Source: an uncultured Chloroflexia bacterium (GTDB lineage: Bacteria; Chloroflexota; Limnocylindria; Limnocylindrales; CSP1-4). Taken from it: DNA of 64,000 bases. The position numbers and the translations under genes were made by a program. Positions 51,311 through 60,634 of this stretch are shown piece after piece; within the stretch, counting starts at the first letter, position 1; the number at the start of each line of letters is the position of its first letter. Under the pieces are notes generated by a model. The model was given only the letters and a program-made list of their open reading frames with translations. It had not been told where the DNA came from and did not search any database. The stretch spans positions 43,124 to 107,123 of the forward strand of contig CAWHXD010000014.1 in NCBI GenBank assembly GCA_963833225.1, written 5' to 3'.

Positions 51311-52331
51311 CTAGACCTCGATATCCACGATCTTGCGGATGAACATGAAGCCCATGAACATCGAGAAGCCACCAAGCATCAGGATGATCACGCCGAGCGG
51401 CAGGCCGAGGACGCTGACGCTGGCATCGAACATGGGTTCCATGAACCCCGGCGCCGCGATGAACAGGAATCCGGCCAGGCCGATCGGCAGGAAGCCGACG
51501 ACGTAGCCCGACATTCGCTGCTGGGCGGTGAGGGTGCGGATCTCGCCCTTGATACGGACTCGCTCGCGGATCGTAAACGCGATCGAGTCGAGGATCTCGG
51601 CGAGGTTGCCGCCGACGGTGTGCTGGATCGAGATGGCGGTGGCCATCAGCTCCAGGTCGTCGGAGCGGACGCGCCGGACCATGTTCTCCAGGGCGACATC
51701 GAACGAGAGGCCCAGGTTGACCTCGCGGATGACGCGCCCGAACTCCGTGGACACCGGCGGCCGCGACTCGCGGACCACCAGCTCAATGGCCTGGAGGAAG
51801 GAGGACCCGGCGCGCAGCGCGTTGGCAATCAGGGTGATCGTGTCCGGCAGCTGCTTGTTGAATGCGTTGAGGCGGCCCGACCGGCGACGGCCCAGCCAGA
51901 AGCGCGGCAGCATGAAGCCCACGAACCCGCCGACGACCATGATCAGGGGGTTGCCGAGGCCCACGACCGCGAACGACAGCAGCCACATCGCGACCGGGAT
52001 GCCAACGGTGAGACCGGCCCAGATCATCAGGTACTCGGAGGGCTTGAGCTTCAGGTCCGCACGGGCGATCTCACGCGCGAGATTGGCGCCAAAGTCGCGG
52101 TTCTCGACGACCTTGTTGAGCTGCGCCAGCGCCTGGCTGGACTGCAGCGCGGCGCCAAGTCCACCCTCGCCGGACGGCAGTGGAGGCCGGCTTGTCCGGC
52201 TTGCCCGAGGCGTACCGCTCGAGGCGCGCGTTGATGCCGGACCCACCGCCGGACATCGAGATGCCAACCGCGATGAACAGGATCGCGAGCGCGGCGATCC
52301 CGGCGACGATGAGGGTCAGGTTGCTGTCCAC
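51311..52331 (-). CDS. tadB: Tad protein TadB; frameshift near 52180
   Basis: N-terminal TM + RLERY in ORF 52071-52331; QLPDTI...LRAG, GGNLAEILD, LTAQQR in ORF 51311-52267. Confidence 0.9.
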
Positions 52332-52352
52332 GGCTGGCGGCCTCCTTGCTCG

Positions 52353-53771
52353 CTAGTAGCTGAAGCCGAAGAGGCCCGGCGGCAGGTGGATGCCCTGGAC
52401 CTCGAACTTCTCGACGAACTTGGGCCGGATGCCTGTCGGCTTGAGGCGGCCCTGGATCTTGCCTTCGACGATGCCCGTCTGCTCGAACACGAACACGTCC
52501 TGCATGACGATGACATCACCCTCCATGCCCTGGACCTCGGTGATGTTCGTGATCCGGCGCGAGCCGTCCTTGAGCCGGGCCTGGTGGACGATGAGGTCCA
52601 CGGCCGAGGCGATCTGCTCGCGGATGGCGCGGACCGGGAGGTCAACGCCGGCCATGAGGACCATCGTCTCCAGGCGGGACAGCATGTCGCGGGGGCTGTT
52701 GGCGTGGCCGGTGGACATCGAGCCGTCGTGGCCCGTGTTCATGGCCTGGAGCATGTCCAGCGCCTCGCCGCCACGGCACTCGCCGACGATGATGCGGTCG
52801 GGGCGCATGCGCAGCGAGTTGCGGACCAGCTCCCGGATCGGGATCATGCCCTTGCCCTCGATGTTGGGCGGGCGGGACTCCAGGGTCACCACGTGCTCCT
52901 GGCGGAGCTGGAGCTCGGCGGCGTCCTCGATGGTCACGATCCGCTCGTCGTTGGGGATGAACGAGGACAGGACGTTGAGGGTGGTGGTCTTGCCGGAGCC
53001 GGTGCCGCCGGACACGAACACGTTGAGGCGTGCCTCAACCGATGCCCGGAGGAACTCGAACATGTCGGGAGTCGCCGTGCCGAACCGGACCAGGTCGTCC
53101 ACCGTGAACGGGCTGGCCGAGAACTTCCGGATGGTGACCACGGGGCCGACGAGCGAGAGCGGCGGGATGATGGCGTTGACGCGGGAGCCGTCCGTGAGGC
53201 GCGCGTCCACCATCGGCGACGACTCGTCAACGCGGCGACCGATCGGGGCGATGATCCGATCGATGATGCGCATCACGTGGTCGTCGTTCTGGAACACGAC
53301 GTTGGTCAGCTCGAGGCGGCCGCTGCGCTCGATGTAGACCTGGCGCGGGCCGTTGACCATGACCTCGGAGATGCTCTCGTCGCGGAGGAGCGGCTCGAGC
53401 GGGCCGAGGCCGATGATCTCGTCGGTGATCTGCTCGAGCATCCGCACCCGCTCGGCGCGGGTGAGGGCGAGGCCCTCCTCGTCGATGACCCGGCCGAAGA
53501 TCTCCTCGATCTGCCGGCGGACCTCCACCTGGTTGGACAGGTCCAGCTTCGGGTCCAGGTCCTGGATCACGCGGTTCTGGATCCGGAACTTGACGTCCCG
53601 GAAGGACTCGCGGACCGGAGCCTGCGTTGACAGGCGCCCCTGACCGGCCCCCTGGGCGGCCGGCGTCTGGCCGCCCCCAGCGCCACCGGGCGTGGTCGCG
53701 GGCACGTTCGACCCTGCCGACCCCGGCTCGGCGCCGGGACGGGCGCTCTCGATGCGCTTGAGGAGACTCAT
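52353..53771 (-). CDS. cpaF: Tad pilus assembly ATPase CpaF/TadA
   Basis: GLGPLEPLL, SPMVDARL, GGTGSGKTT, LRMRPDRIIVGE, AMNTGHDGS. Confidence 0.97.
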   Translation of the reverse strand: MSLLKRIESARPGAEPGSAGSNVPATTPGGAGGGQTPAAQGAGQGRLSTQAPVRESFRDVKFRIQNRVIQDLDPKLDLSNQVEVRRQIEEIFGRVIDEEGLALTRAERVRMLEQITDEIIGLGPLEPLLRDESISEVMVNGPRQVYIERSGRLELTNVVFQNDDHVMRIIDRIIAPIGRRVDESSPMVDARLTDGSRVNAIIPPLSLVGPVVTIRKFSASPFTVDDLVRFGTATPDMFEFLRASVEARLNVFVSGGTGSGKTTTLNVLSSFIPNDERIVTIEDAAELQLRQEHVVTLESRPPNIEGKGMIPIRELVRNSLRMRPDRIIVGECRGGEALDMLQAMNTGHDGSMSTGHANSPRDMLSRLETMVLMAGVDLPVRAIREQIASAVDLIVHQARLKDGSRRITNITEVQGMEGDVIVMQDVFVFEQTGIVEGKIQGRLKPTGIRPKFVEKFEVQGIHLPPGLFGFSY

Positions 53772-53817
53772 CGGCTATTCCCCTTCGGCCGCGGACGGCC
53801 GCTTCGTCGCTGCCATG

Positions 53818-55089
53818 TCATCGCCATGCGAACAGCGACTTCTTCTGTGTGCCCTTCTTGGCCGGTTCAGCGACCTCCGCGGCATTGGTACCCGCGACGG
53901 CCTGCGCGAGCCGAAGGATGTCCTGGGACACCTGCGCCTCGCGGTTTGACAGGAAGAACGGCACACCCCGATTGAGTGCGTATACCACGCTCCGGCCATC
54001 GGAGACGATGGTGTGGTCGACCCGCCGTCCGATCGAGTGCTCGACGTCCGCGACGCGGATGCCCAGCGACGAGTCGGCGCGGTTGAGCACGAGCCGGACC
54101 TTCTCCGAGTCGTACCCCAGCTGGTTCGCAACTTCCAGGAACAGGCGGATGTTCTTGATCGACGTGATCTCGAGCGACAGCATCGTGAGCACCGTGTCGG
54201 CGACATCGAGAATCGCGATGGTGGTGTCGTTGAAGGACGACATGCAGTCCACGACCACGAGGTCATGCGTCGCGCGGAGCGCCTCGAGCATGAGCTTGAT
54301 GCCGGCAGGGGTGATGAGCTCGGCCGTCTCGGGCGACGGCGGCGCCAGCAGCACGTGGATGCCGGCCGAGTGGTTGATGAGGAACGAATCGACGGACTCG
54401 GTCACGCCGGCATCGAGCTCGGGGATGAGGTCCGCGATGGACTTGTTCTTGGGGTTGAGGTTGAGCAGGACCCCGACGTCGCCGAACTGGAACGAGGCAT
54501 CCACCAGGCACGTGCGCTGGCCGAGCTCGGTTGCCGCGGCGACGGCGAGGTTGACGGCGACGGTGGTCCGTCCCACGCCGCCCTTCGGCCCAAAGACGGC
54601 CACGACTCGCCCCGGTTCGTTGCCGCCCGGGGCGGACGTGGCATCCCGGACAGCGGTGACGCTGCCGCCGGCGGGTGGCGCTGCCGGGGCGCCGATCCGG
54701 GCGAGCTTGTCCTGCTCGCGGCTGTAGACCTGTCGGATCGAGGACGTGAGCTCGTCGCTGGAGAACGGCTTGACCAGGAACTCGCGGGCACCCGCCAGCA
54801 TCGAGCGGCGGAGATAGTCGGCCTCGCCCTGGACGGACATCATGACGACGGCCGCGGTCGGGACCTCGGCGCCGAGGCGTTCCGTGGTGGTGATGCCGTC
54901 CATGCCCGGCATGTTGATGTCCATCAGCACGACGTCAGGCGTCAGGCTGGCCGCCAGCTGGATGGCTTCCGGCCCGGATGCAGCTGCCCCGACGACCTCG
55001 AAATCACTCTCGAAGCCAAGCAGCTTGGAGAGGTGATCGCGGGTCTCCGGGATGTCGTCCACGATGAGGACGCGGATCTGGTCTGCCAT
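53818..55089 (-). CDS. cpaE: CpaE/TadZ: receiver domain + ParA/MinD-like domain
   Basis: VDD...LMDINMP...LVKPF receiver; GPKGGVGRTT deviant Walker A; QFGDV, LVLNR. Confidence 0.92.
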   Translation of the reverse strand: MADQIRVLIVDDIPETRDHLSKLLGFESDFEVVGAAASGPEAIQLAASLTPDVVLMDINMPGMDGITTTERLGAEVPTAAVVMMSVQGEADYLRRSMLAGAREFLVKPFSSDELTSSIRQVYSREQDKLARIGAPAAPPAGGSVTAVRDATSAPGGNEPGRVVAVFGPKGGVGRTTVAVNLAVAAATELGQRTCLVDASFQFGDVGVLLNLNPKNKSIADLIPELDAGVTESVDSFLINHSAGIHVLLAPPSPETAELITPAGIKLMLEALRATHDLVVVDCMSSFNDTTIAILDVADTVLTMLSLEITSIKNIRLFLEVANQLGYDSEKVRLVLNRADSSLGIRVADVEHSIGRRVDHTIVSDGRSVVYALNRGVPFFLSNREAQVSQDILRLAQAVAGTNAAEVAEPAKKGTQKKSLFAWR

Positions 55090-55211
55090 AACCGGTGGGT
55101 CTGACCTCTTGGGTCTCTCGGGTGTCGTCGGGGGGTCCAGCCCCGGGGTCGGTCGATCGGCCGGCTCGTCACCGGCCGATCGTCACCCGACGGCCACGGG
55201 GTGGTCCGGGG

Positions 55212-56158
55212 CTAGGGCTTCGGCGTCTTCTCGGGGACGGTCCCCGGGAGCGGCGTGGGCTCGATCACCTGCACGACCGTGGGCGGCAGGACACCGTAGT
55301 CGTCAACCATGCGGCGCAGGGTGATGCCGGTGGTCGCGATGGTGGGGCAGTAGGTGATGCCGTCGACCGGCTGCGTGGTGCAGTCCTCCGACGAGCGCAG
55401 GACCAGCGAGATGTTGCCGTCGATCTGGCTGAACTTGAGGAGCTCGGCCGTCTGGGTGGGCACCGAGAGGATGACGATCTGCTCCTGGCCGTTGAAGGTC
55501 GTGGTCTTCCGCCCGTGGACGGTGTCGCGCTGGCCTGGGGCTGGGAGGACTGCGGCGGCGGCGGCAGCAGCGTGCCCAGCACCTGGAGGCCCTGCGCCAG
55601 GACCTTGACCGTGGTTGGAGCGTACTGCTCCAGCGGATAGGGCTGGTAGACGAAGACGTCCTTGGTCGTCTGGTTGAGGTCCGGGATCACCAGCTTGTCG
55701 CCGGTGAAGCCCGAGACGACGTCCACGAAGTCGCCGGGCTTGATGACCGTGCCCACGCCGGTGGTCTGGTCCACGCGCACGGACATGGCCACGAAGCCCT
55801 TGGGCACCTCGATGTCGGTGACCGCGCCGCCGGTGCCGAAGACGTCGCTGGTGATCAGCTGGCCGGCGGTGACCTTGATGCGGGCGATCTGGCCGATCAC
55901 GAGCGACGTGTCGCCAAAGGCGGTCGCCGGCTTCGCCGCGACCGGGATTTCCTTGAGATTGACGTCGGTCGCCTGGATGCGGCCGCCGAGATCGATGTCC
56001 TTGGAAGCGACCACGACCTTGACGACCGTGGGCGAGGCAGAGGGACCCGATGTGGTGCCCCCAGTCCCGCCGTTGCCAAGCAGCAGGACGATGAGGACGA
56101 ATGCGACGAGGGCAAGAAAGATCCCGATGAGCAGGACCAGCCGGTTTGAGCGCTTCAA
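55212..56158 (-). CDS. cpaB: Flp pilus assembly protein CpaB; frameshift near 55510
   Basis: N-terminal TM, SAF-like VVVASKDI, GFVAMSV...IKPGDFVDV, LQVL; C-terminal ISLVLRS in the shifted frame; TTG start after GGAG. Confidence 0.88.
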
Positions 56159-56342
56159 CGAATGTTCTCCCCGAAGCCGTGTGACAAGTGGCACCACTCT
56201 AACACCGCGATTCGAGCCGACGACCCACCAATAGGGCTAGGACCGTTGGCAGGATTTGGGCAGATCGCGTGTTCGCCGCAAGGTGCGCTGCAAAGTTGTC
56301 CGCGACGGTGTCGGCATTCTGACACCCCGCGATGGAAACGCA

Positions 56343-56391
56343 AGGGGCGGCGCAGCCCCACGAGAAGAGGGGCGGCGTGGCCCCACGAGAA
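56343..56391. repeat. Pair of 24-bp direct repeats, each a small GGGGC..GCCCC hairpin
   Basis: aggggcggcgcagccccacgagaa and aggggcggcgtggccccacgagaa. Confidence 0.7.
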
Positions 56392-56396
56392 ATGGA

Positions 56397-56424
56397 CAAC
56401 CCGCCAGGATGGCCCGGCGGGTTG
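56397..56424 (-). terminator. Terminator-like hairpin after pilin 3
   Basis: CAACCCGCCGGG-ccat-CCTGGCGGGTTG followed by TCCATTTCT on the minus strand. Confidence 0.65.
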
Positions 56425-56446
56425 CGGCCGAATGAGTGCTGGATCG

Positions 56447-56623
56447 CTAGACGGCGTTGCCGACGATGGTGAGCTTGTCGCTGATCTGGGACCCCAGGAA
56501 CAGCAGGGCCACGATGGCGACGATGGCGATGAGCGCGAGGATGAGTGCGTATTCGGCGAGTCCCTGGCCGTCGTCGTCGCTCGAGAGGAGCGACCGGGCA
56601 AGGATCGTCAGCTGGGTCAGCAT
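56447..56623 (-). CDS. flp: Flp family type IVb pilin 3
   Basis: DDDG/QGLAEYALIL motif; GGGAGG RBS; 58 aa. Confidence 0.95.
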   Translation of the reverse strand: MLTQLTILARSLLSSDDDGQGLAEYALILALIAIVAIVALLFLGSQISDKLTIVGNAV

Positions 56624-56807
56624 GGCTGCGATCACCTCCCTCCCGGGCATGATGCCCGAACCGGATGCCTTGGTCGGGACACGGCGCGCGGAGGGTATCC
56701 GCAGGTCGCCCCCGGTTGGATATGCCTACGATACGGACCGGGACCGGCGACGCAATCCTCCGAAGGTCACCCCCCGGTGCGCCGTGGAACCGCGGTCCCG
56801 GAAACGC

Positions 56808-56844
56808 CGCCGCCGGCTGCCAGATCTGTGCGGCAACCGGCGGC
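56808..56844 (-). terminator. Terminator-like hairpin after pilin 2
   Basis: GCCGCCGGTTGCC...GGCAGCCGGCGGC stem on the minus strand. Confidence 0.55.
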
Positions 56845-56863
56845 AGGAAAATTCGGTGGAGTC

Positions 56864-57031
56864 CTAGACGGAGTTGCCGACGGTCGACAGGATCGTGGAG
56901 ATCTGGCCGCCCAGGAAGATGAGGGCGATGATCGCGACGATCGCGATGAGCGCGAGGATCAGCGCGTACTCCGCGAGACCCTGGCCCTCCTCATTGTCGA
57001 AACGAGCGATAAGTGCGTTGATGAACGACAT
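56864..57031 (-). CDS. flp: Flp family type IVb pilin 2
   Basis: NEEG/QGLAEYALIL; AAGGAGG RBS; 55 aa. Confidence 0.95.
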   Translation of the reverse strand: MSFINALIARFDNEEGQGLAEYALILALIAIVAIIALIFLGGQISTILSTVGNSV

Positions 57032-57084
57032 TGGAGTTGGTGCCTCCTTTCCTTGAAAGCTCGCGCCGTGGCGCGGCGACCCGC

Positions 57085-57119
57085 ACCGTATGCTCCCTCG
57101 AGCCTCGGTGTCAACCGAG
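57085..57119 (-). promoter_or_regulatory. Promoter of pilin 2 with palindrome over the -35
   Basis: TTGACA-N18-TACGGT; CTCGGT-tgac-ACCGAG palindrome spanning the -35. Confidence 0.6.
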
Positions 57120-57196
57120 TCTGCGCGCTTCCGGTGCCACACGACAACGGCGGAACCGCCCGTCGCGCGCGGGCCGGTCCCGCGCCGGACGCACCA

Positions 57197-57221
57197 AGGC
57201 CGCCGGACGAGCCGGCGGCCT
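57197..57221 (-). terminator. Terminator-like hairpin after pilin 1
   Basis: AGGCCGCCGG-N5-CCGGCGGCCT, 10-bp stem. Confidence 0.55.
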
Positions 57222-57244
57222 CGAGCTGCTGGAGCTGTCGACGG

Positions 57245-57415
57245 CTAGACGGAGCTACCGACGGTCGACAGGATCGTGGAGACCTGGCCACCCAGGAAGA
57301 TGAGGGCGATGATCGCGACGATCGCGATGAGCGCGAGGATCAGCGCGTACTCCGCGAGACCCTGGCCCTCCTCGTCATTGCGGATCGAGGTGAGCAGCTG
57401 CTGGACAAGGGCCAT
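57245..57415 (-). CDS. flp: Flp family type IVb pilin 1
   Basis: DEEG/QGLAEYALIL; GGAGG RBS; 56 aa. Confidence 0.95.
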   Translation of the reverse strand: MALVQQLLTSIRNDEEGQGLAEYALILALIAIVAIIALIFLGGQVSTILSTVGSSV

Positions 57416-57563
57416 GAGACGACCTCCATGTGGATGAGTGCGGTGACCGCATGCCAATGTGGCAACCCGGACTCTACCCAACCCGGGGGACGGTTCACAG
57501 TGAGACGATGGTCCTACCGGAGCCCGGGGCGCGCACCGGGCCGTGGGACCCCCGCGCACCGGG

Positions 57564-58730
57564 TCATGCTGACGAGCCCGGCGCCTCGGACGGTTCCGCC
57601 GCCGGCAGCGTCACCATCAGGGTGAGCTCGCCACCCCCGGCGCCGATGTCCACCCGGGCGCCGATGGACGCGGCTCGAGACAGCACGTCGCGCCGGGTGG
57701 CGGCCGGCAGGGCGACAACCGCTGCCTCCTGCGCCGCGACCACCGCCGCGTCCCGGGCGTCGTGGCGGTCCTGGATCATCTGCTTGATGGCGTCGGGCAC
57801 GTCGCCGCCGGGAACCTCGGGCAGCGGTCCACCGCTGAGGGCGACGGGTGGCCGGCTCGCCGACAGGTGCGCCTCCAGCTCCTCGGCACCCCAGTCGAGG
57901 CGCAGCTGGACGCGCTCCGGGGCCGCCGCGAGGTACGCGCCCAGCGCCAGGTCGAGGATCCGGAAGACGGTGCTCTCCACGTCCACGGGGAGCCGCCGAT
58001 CCGCGCCCATGGACTCGAACTCGACCGGGACATGGGCTCGGCGCCCGCGCTCCCGGGTGGCGCGACGGAGGGTGGGCACGAGGCCCAGGTCGTCGAGCAC
58101 CATCGGCCGGACGTCGAAGATGAAGTTCTTGGTCGCATCCAGGGTCTGGTCCACCATCTGCACCAGCAGCACCACCTCGCCCCGTGCCAATGCCGGGTCC
58201 CGGTCCAGGAGGCGTTCCACGATCTGTGCCTGGAGCACGATGTTGGTCAGGGACTGGGCCGGTCCGTCGTGCATCGAGCGGGCGATCTCCCGGCGGAGAT
58301 CCTCCTGGGCGGACAGCACCACCCGGGACAGGGACGGCGGCAGGGCCGCCTCCTCGGCGGCACCCAGCACCAGGGTCCCCACGCCCTCCAGCCGGTCCGC
58401 GAGCGCCGCGAGCGCCGTCCGGTGGCGGACGAGGGCCTTGCGCTTGCCCTCGAGGACGTCGACCTGGGCTTCCATCAGCACGGCGCGCCTGGTCAGCGTC
58501 ACCAGCGTGCCGTAGCCCTCGGCCAGCTCCACCAGGTTCGGGCTGGGGCCGGGGCTCGCCAGCTTCTCGGTGGCCTGGGCGCGCTTCTGCTCGTGGCGCG
58601 TGGCCTCGACGCGGGCCTGGCCGATGAGCATCTCGATCTCGCCGAGCTCGCGGTCCAGCGCCTCGACCTCGGTGCGCACCTCGGCGGCAAGGCTCCTGGA
58701 GGCGGAGCCCGCCTGGTCGTCGCTGGCCAT
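57564..58730 (-). CDS. Cytoplasmic DegS-like HisKA_3 protein with degenerate ATPase domain
   Basis: Coiled-coil N-terminus, EIARSMHDGPAQSL H-box, DVRPMVLDDLGL; no N-box or DxGxG. Confidence 0.85.
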   Translation of the reverse strand: MASDDQAGSASRSLAAEVRTEVEALDRELGEIEMLIGQARVEATRHEQKRAQATEKLASPGPSPNLVELAEGYGTLVTLTRRAVLMEAQVDVLEGKRKALVRHRTALAALADRLEGVGTLVLGAAEEAALPPSLSRVVLSAQEDLRREIARSMHDGPAQSLTNIVLQAQIVERLLDRDPALARGEVVLLVQMVDQTLDATKNFIFDVRPMVLDDLGLVPTLRRATRERGRRAHVPVEFESMGADRRLPVDVESTVFRILDLALGAYLAAAPERVQLRLDWGAEELEAHLSASRPPVALSGGPLPEVPGGDVPDAIKQMIQDRHDARDAAVVAAQEAAVVALPAATRRDVLSRAASIGARVDIGAGGGELTLMVTLPAAEPSEAPGSSA

Positions 58731-58762
58731 GGGTGTGATCGGTCCCTGGGGCGGGTTGGGGC

Positions 58763-59506
58763 TCAGTCCTCGGGCATCCGGATCCAGCCCTGGCGCATCG
58801 CGTACACCACGGCCTGGGTCCGGTCGTTCACGGACAGCTTGCGCAGGATGGAGCTCATGTGGTTCTTGACCGTCTGCTCGCTGATCGACAGCGCGTAGGC
58901 CACCTGCTTGTTGGTCATCCCCTGGGCGATGTTGTCCAGGATCTCCACCTCGCGCGGGGAGAGCGGCGCGAAGATGGGGGCCGCCTCCTGGCCATACACG
59001 GCCAGCTCGCGGAACTCCTTGAGCACCCGCGTCGCGACGGCCGGCTTGGAGAACACCTTGTCGTTGATGAGGTACTCGCCCGCGACCACGCGGCGAATGA
59101 CCATCACCAGGTCCTCGGGCGCGATGTCCTTGAGGATGAACGCGGCCGCGCCGGCCTTGATGGCCTCGAACAGGGCGTCCTCATCCTCCTCGGTCGAGAG
59201 CACGATGATCGCGGCCGAGGGCAGCTCGCGCTTGACCCGCTGGGTGGTCTCGATGCCACCGGGCGCCGGCAGGCTGAGGTCCATCAGGATCACGTCCGGG
59301 TTCGTCGCGAACGCCGCCTCCAGCGCCGAGCGCGGATCGATGGCCTCGCCGACCACCTCGAGATCGGGCTCGTTCTGGAGGATCCCGTTGATCCCCATCC
59401 GGTACAGGGCATGGTCGTCGACGATCAGGATCCTGACCCGCTCGAAACTCTGGTTGCGCCGGTCCGGTCCCCCGCGGCGGCGCTCCGAACCCTGGTATTC
59501 CGTCAT
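58763..59506 (-). CDS. NarL/DegU-family response regulator
   Basis: VDDH, LMD, ILKD; LuxR HTH LSPREVEIL...TVKNH. Confidence 0.95.
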   Translation of the reverse strand: MTEYQGSERRRGGPDRRNQSFERVRILIVDDHALYRMGINGILQNEPDLEVVGEAIDPRSALEAAFATNPDVILMDLSLPAPGGIETTQRVKRELPSAAIIVLSTEEDEDALFEAIKAGAAAFILKDIAPEDLVMVIRRVVAGEYLINDKVFSKPAVATRVLKEFRELAVYGQEAAPIFAPLSPREVEILDNIAQGMTNKQVAYALSISEQTVKNHMSSILRKLSVNDRTQAVVYAMRQGWIRMPED

Positions 59507-60609
59507 CCGGTCTCCTCCAGCCTCATCGGGATCGCGAGCCGCACGACCGTACCCGCTTCCGGCCGCGAACGAACCTCGAACTGCGCGCTGACCAGCTCGG
59601 CCCGCTCACGCATGAACTGCAATCCGAAGTTGCGACGGCCCCTGGCCGCCACGGCCCCGGTATCAAAGCCGCGACCGTCGTCGCGAACCTCCAGCACCCA
59701 TTGTCCATCCTCGAGCGCGCTCGACACCACCACGTTCGTGGCGCCGGCGTGCTTGCGCACATTCTGCAGGGCCTCCTGGACGACGCGCAGGATCACGGTC
59801 TGGACGGTGTCGCCCAGCCCATCGGTGGACGCGCCAAGCTCGCCGGTGATGTGCAGGCCGGACAGTGCCGCCTGGGTGGCGACCGTGTCCATGATGGCGC
59901 CATCGAGCCCCAGCTCGGCCAGCACGGGCGGGCGCAGCTGGGTCAGGAACGTGCGGACGTCGCCCAGCTCCCGCCGCAGCAGCTCGCGCAGGAACCGCAG
60001 CTCGGTCCGCGCCAGCCGGGGATCTGATTCGAAGACGCGGTCGATGAACTCCACCTGGAAGATCGCGTTGGTCAGCGCCTGGGCGGGACCGTCGTGGACC
60101 TCCTGGGCCAGGCGGGCGCGTTCCGATTCCTGGGCCTCGAGGATCCGCATCTGGAGCTCGGTGGAGATCGCCGGCAGCGAGGGCTCCGTCACCAGCATCG
60201 CGTCGCCGCGCTCCATGAACAGCCAGGTGGACTCCAGGTTGCGGATCGCCAGCTCCAGCCGCGACAGCTCCGCCTCGTGGCGCCCGAGCTCGCTCCGCGA
60301 GCGCCCCACCTCACCCCGCACCAGCTGCAGCCGGAGGTCGGCCGCGCCCGCTTCGGCGGCAGAGGCCCCTTGGACGTCGAGCGACGCCGCGGCGTCGATG
60401 GCCCCGGTGACACCGGCTTCACCCTCGCGCTCCAGCCCGCCAAGGTCGTCCGCCATCGCCTGCCACCGGGCCAGGTCGTCGTGGTAGGCCGTGCGATACC
60501 GGTCGCGGACCGCCCGGAGGGTGTTCGCGGCGTACGCGAGCGCCTCCGCCGTTTCCGCATGCAGCTCATCGAACCGGGTGCCCACCGGTTCGCCCCGGGT
60601 TGCGTCCAT
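59503..60609 (-). CDS. Cytoplasmic DegS-like sensor histidine kinase
   Basis: QESERARLAQEVHDGPAQ, QEALQNVRKHA, DDGRGF, FGLQFMRERA; start from TACACT-N7-ATG. Confidence 0.92.
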   Translation of the reverse strand: MDATRGEPVGTRFDELHAETAEALAYAANTLRAVRDRYRTAYHDDLARWQAMADDLGGLEREGEAGVTGAIDAAASLDVQGASAAEAGAADLRLQLVRGEVGRSRSELGRHEAELSRLELAIRNLESTWLFMERGDAMLVTEPSLPAISTELQMRILEAQESERARLAQEVHDGPAQALTNAIFQVEFIDRVFESDPRLARTELRFLRELLRRELGDVRTFLTQLRPPVLAELGLDGAIMDTVATQAALSGLHITGELGASTDGLGDTVQTVILRVVQEALQNVRKHAGATNVVVSSALEDGQWVLEVRDDGRGFDTGAVAARGRRNFGLQFMRERAELVSAQFEVRSRPEAGTVVRLAIPMRLEETG

Positions 60610-60634
60610 CGTCGCGAGTGTAGCCGTGCCGGGC

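Noticed and set aside
56160-57560. c-di-GMP riboswitches upstream of pilin/Tad genes (also GGCAAAC at about 30141)
   Set aside because: No GGCAAAC...GACGCAAAGC or class II consensus could be completed.
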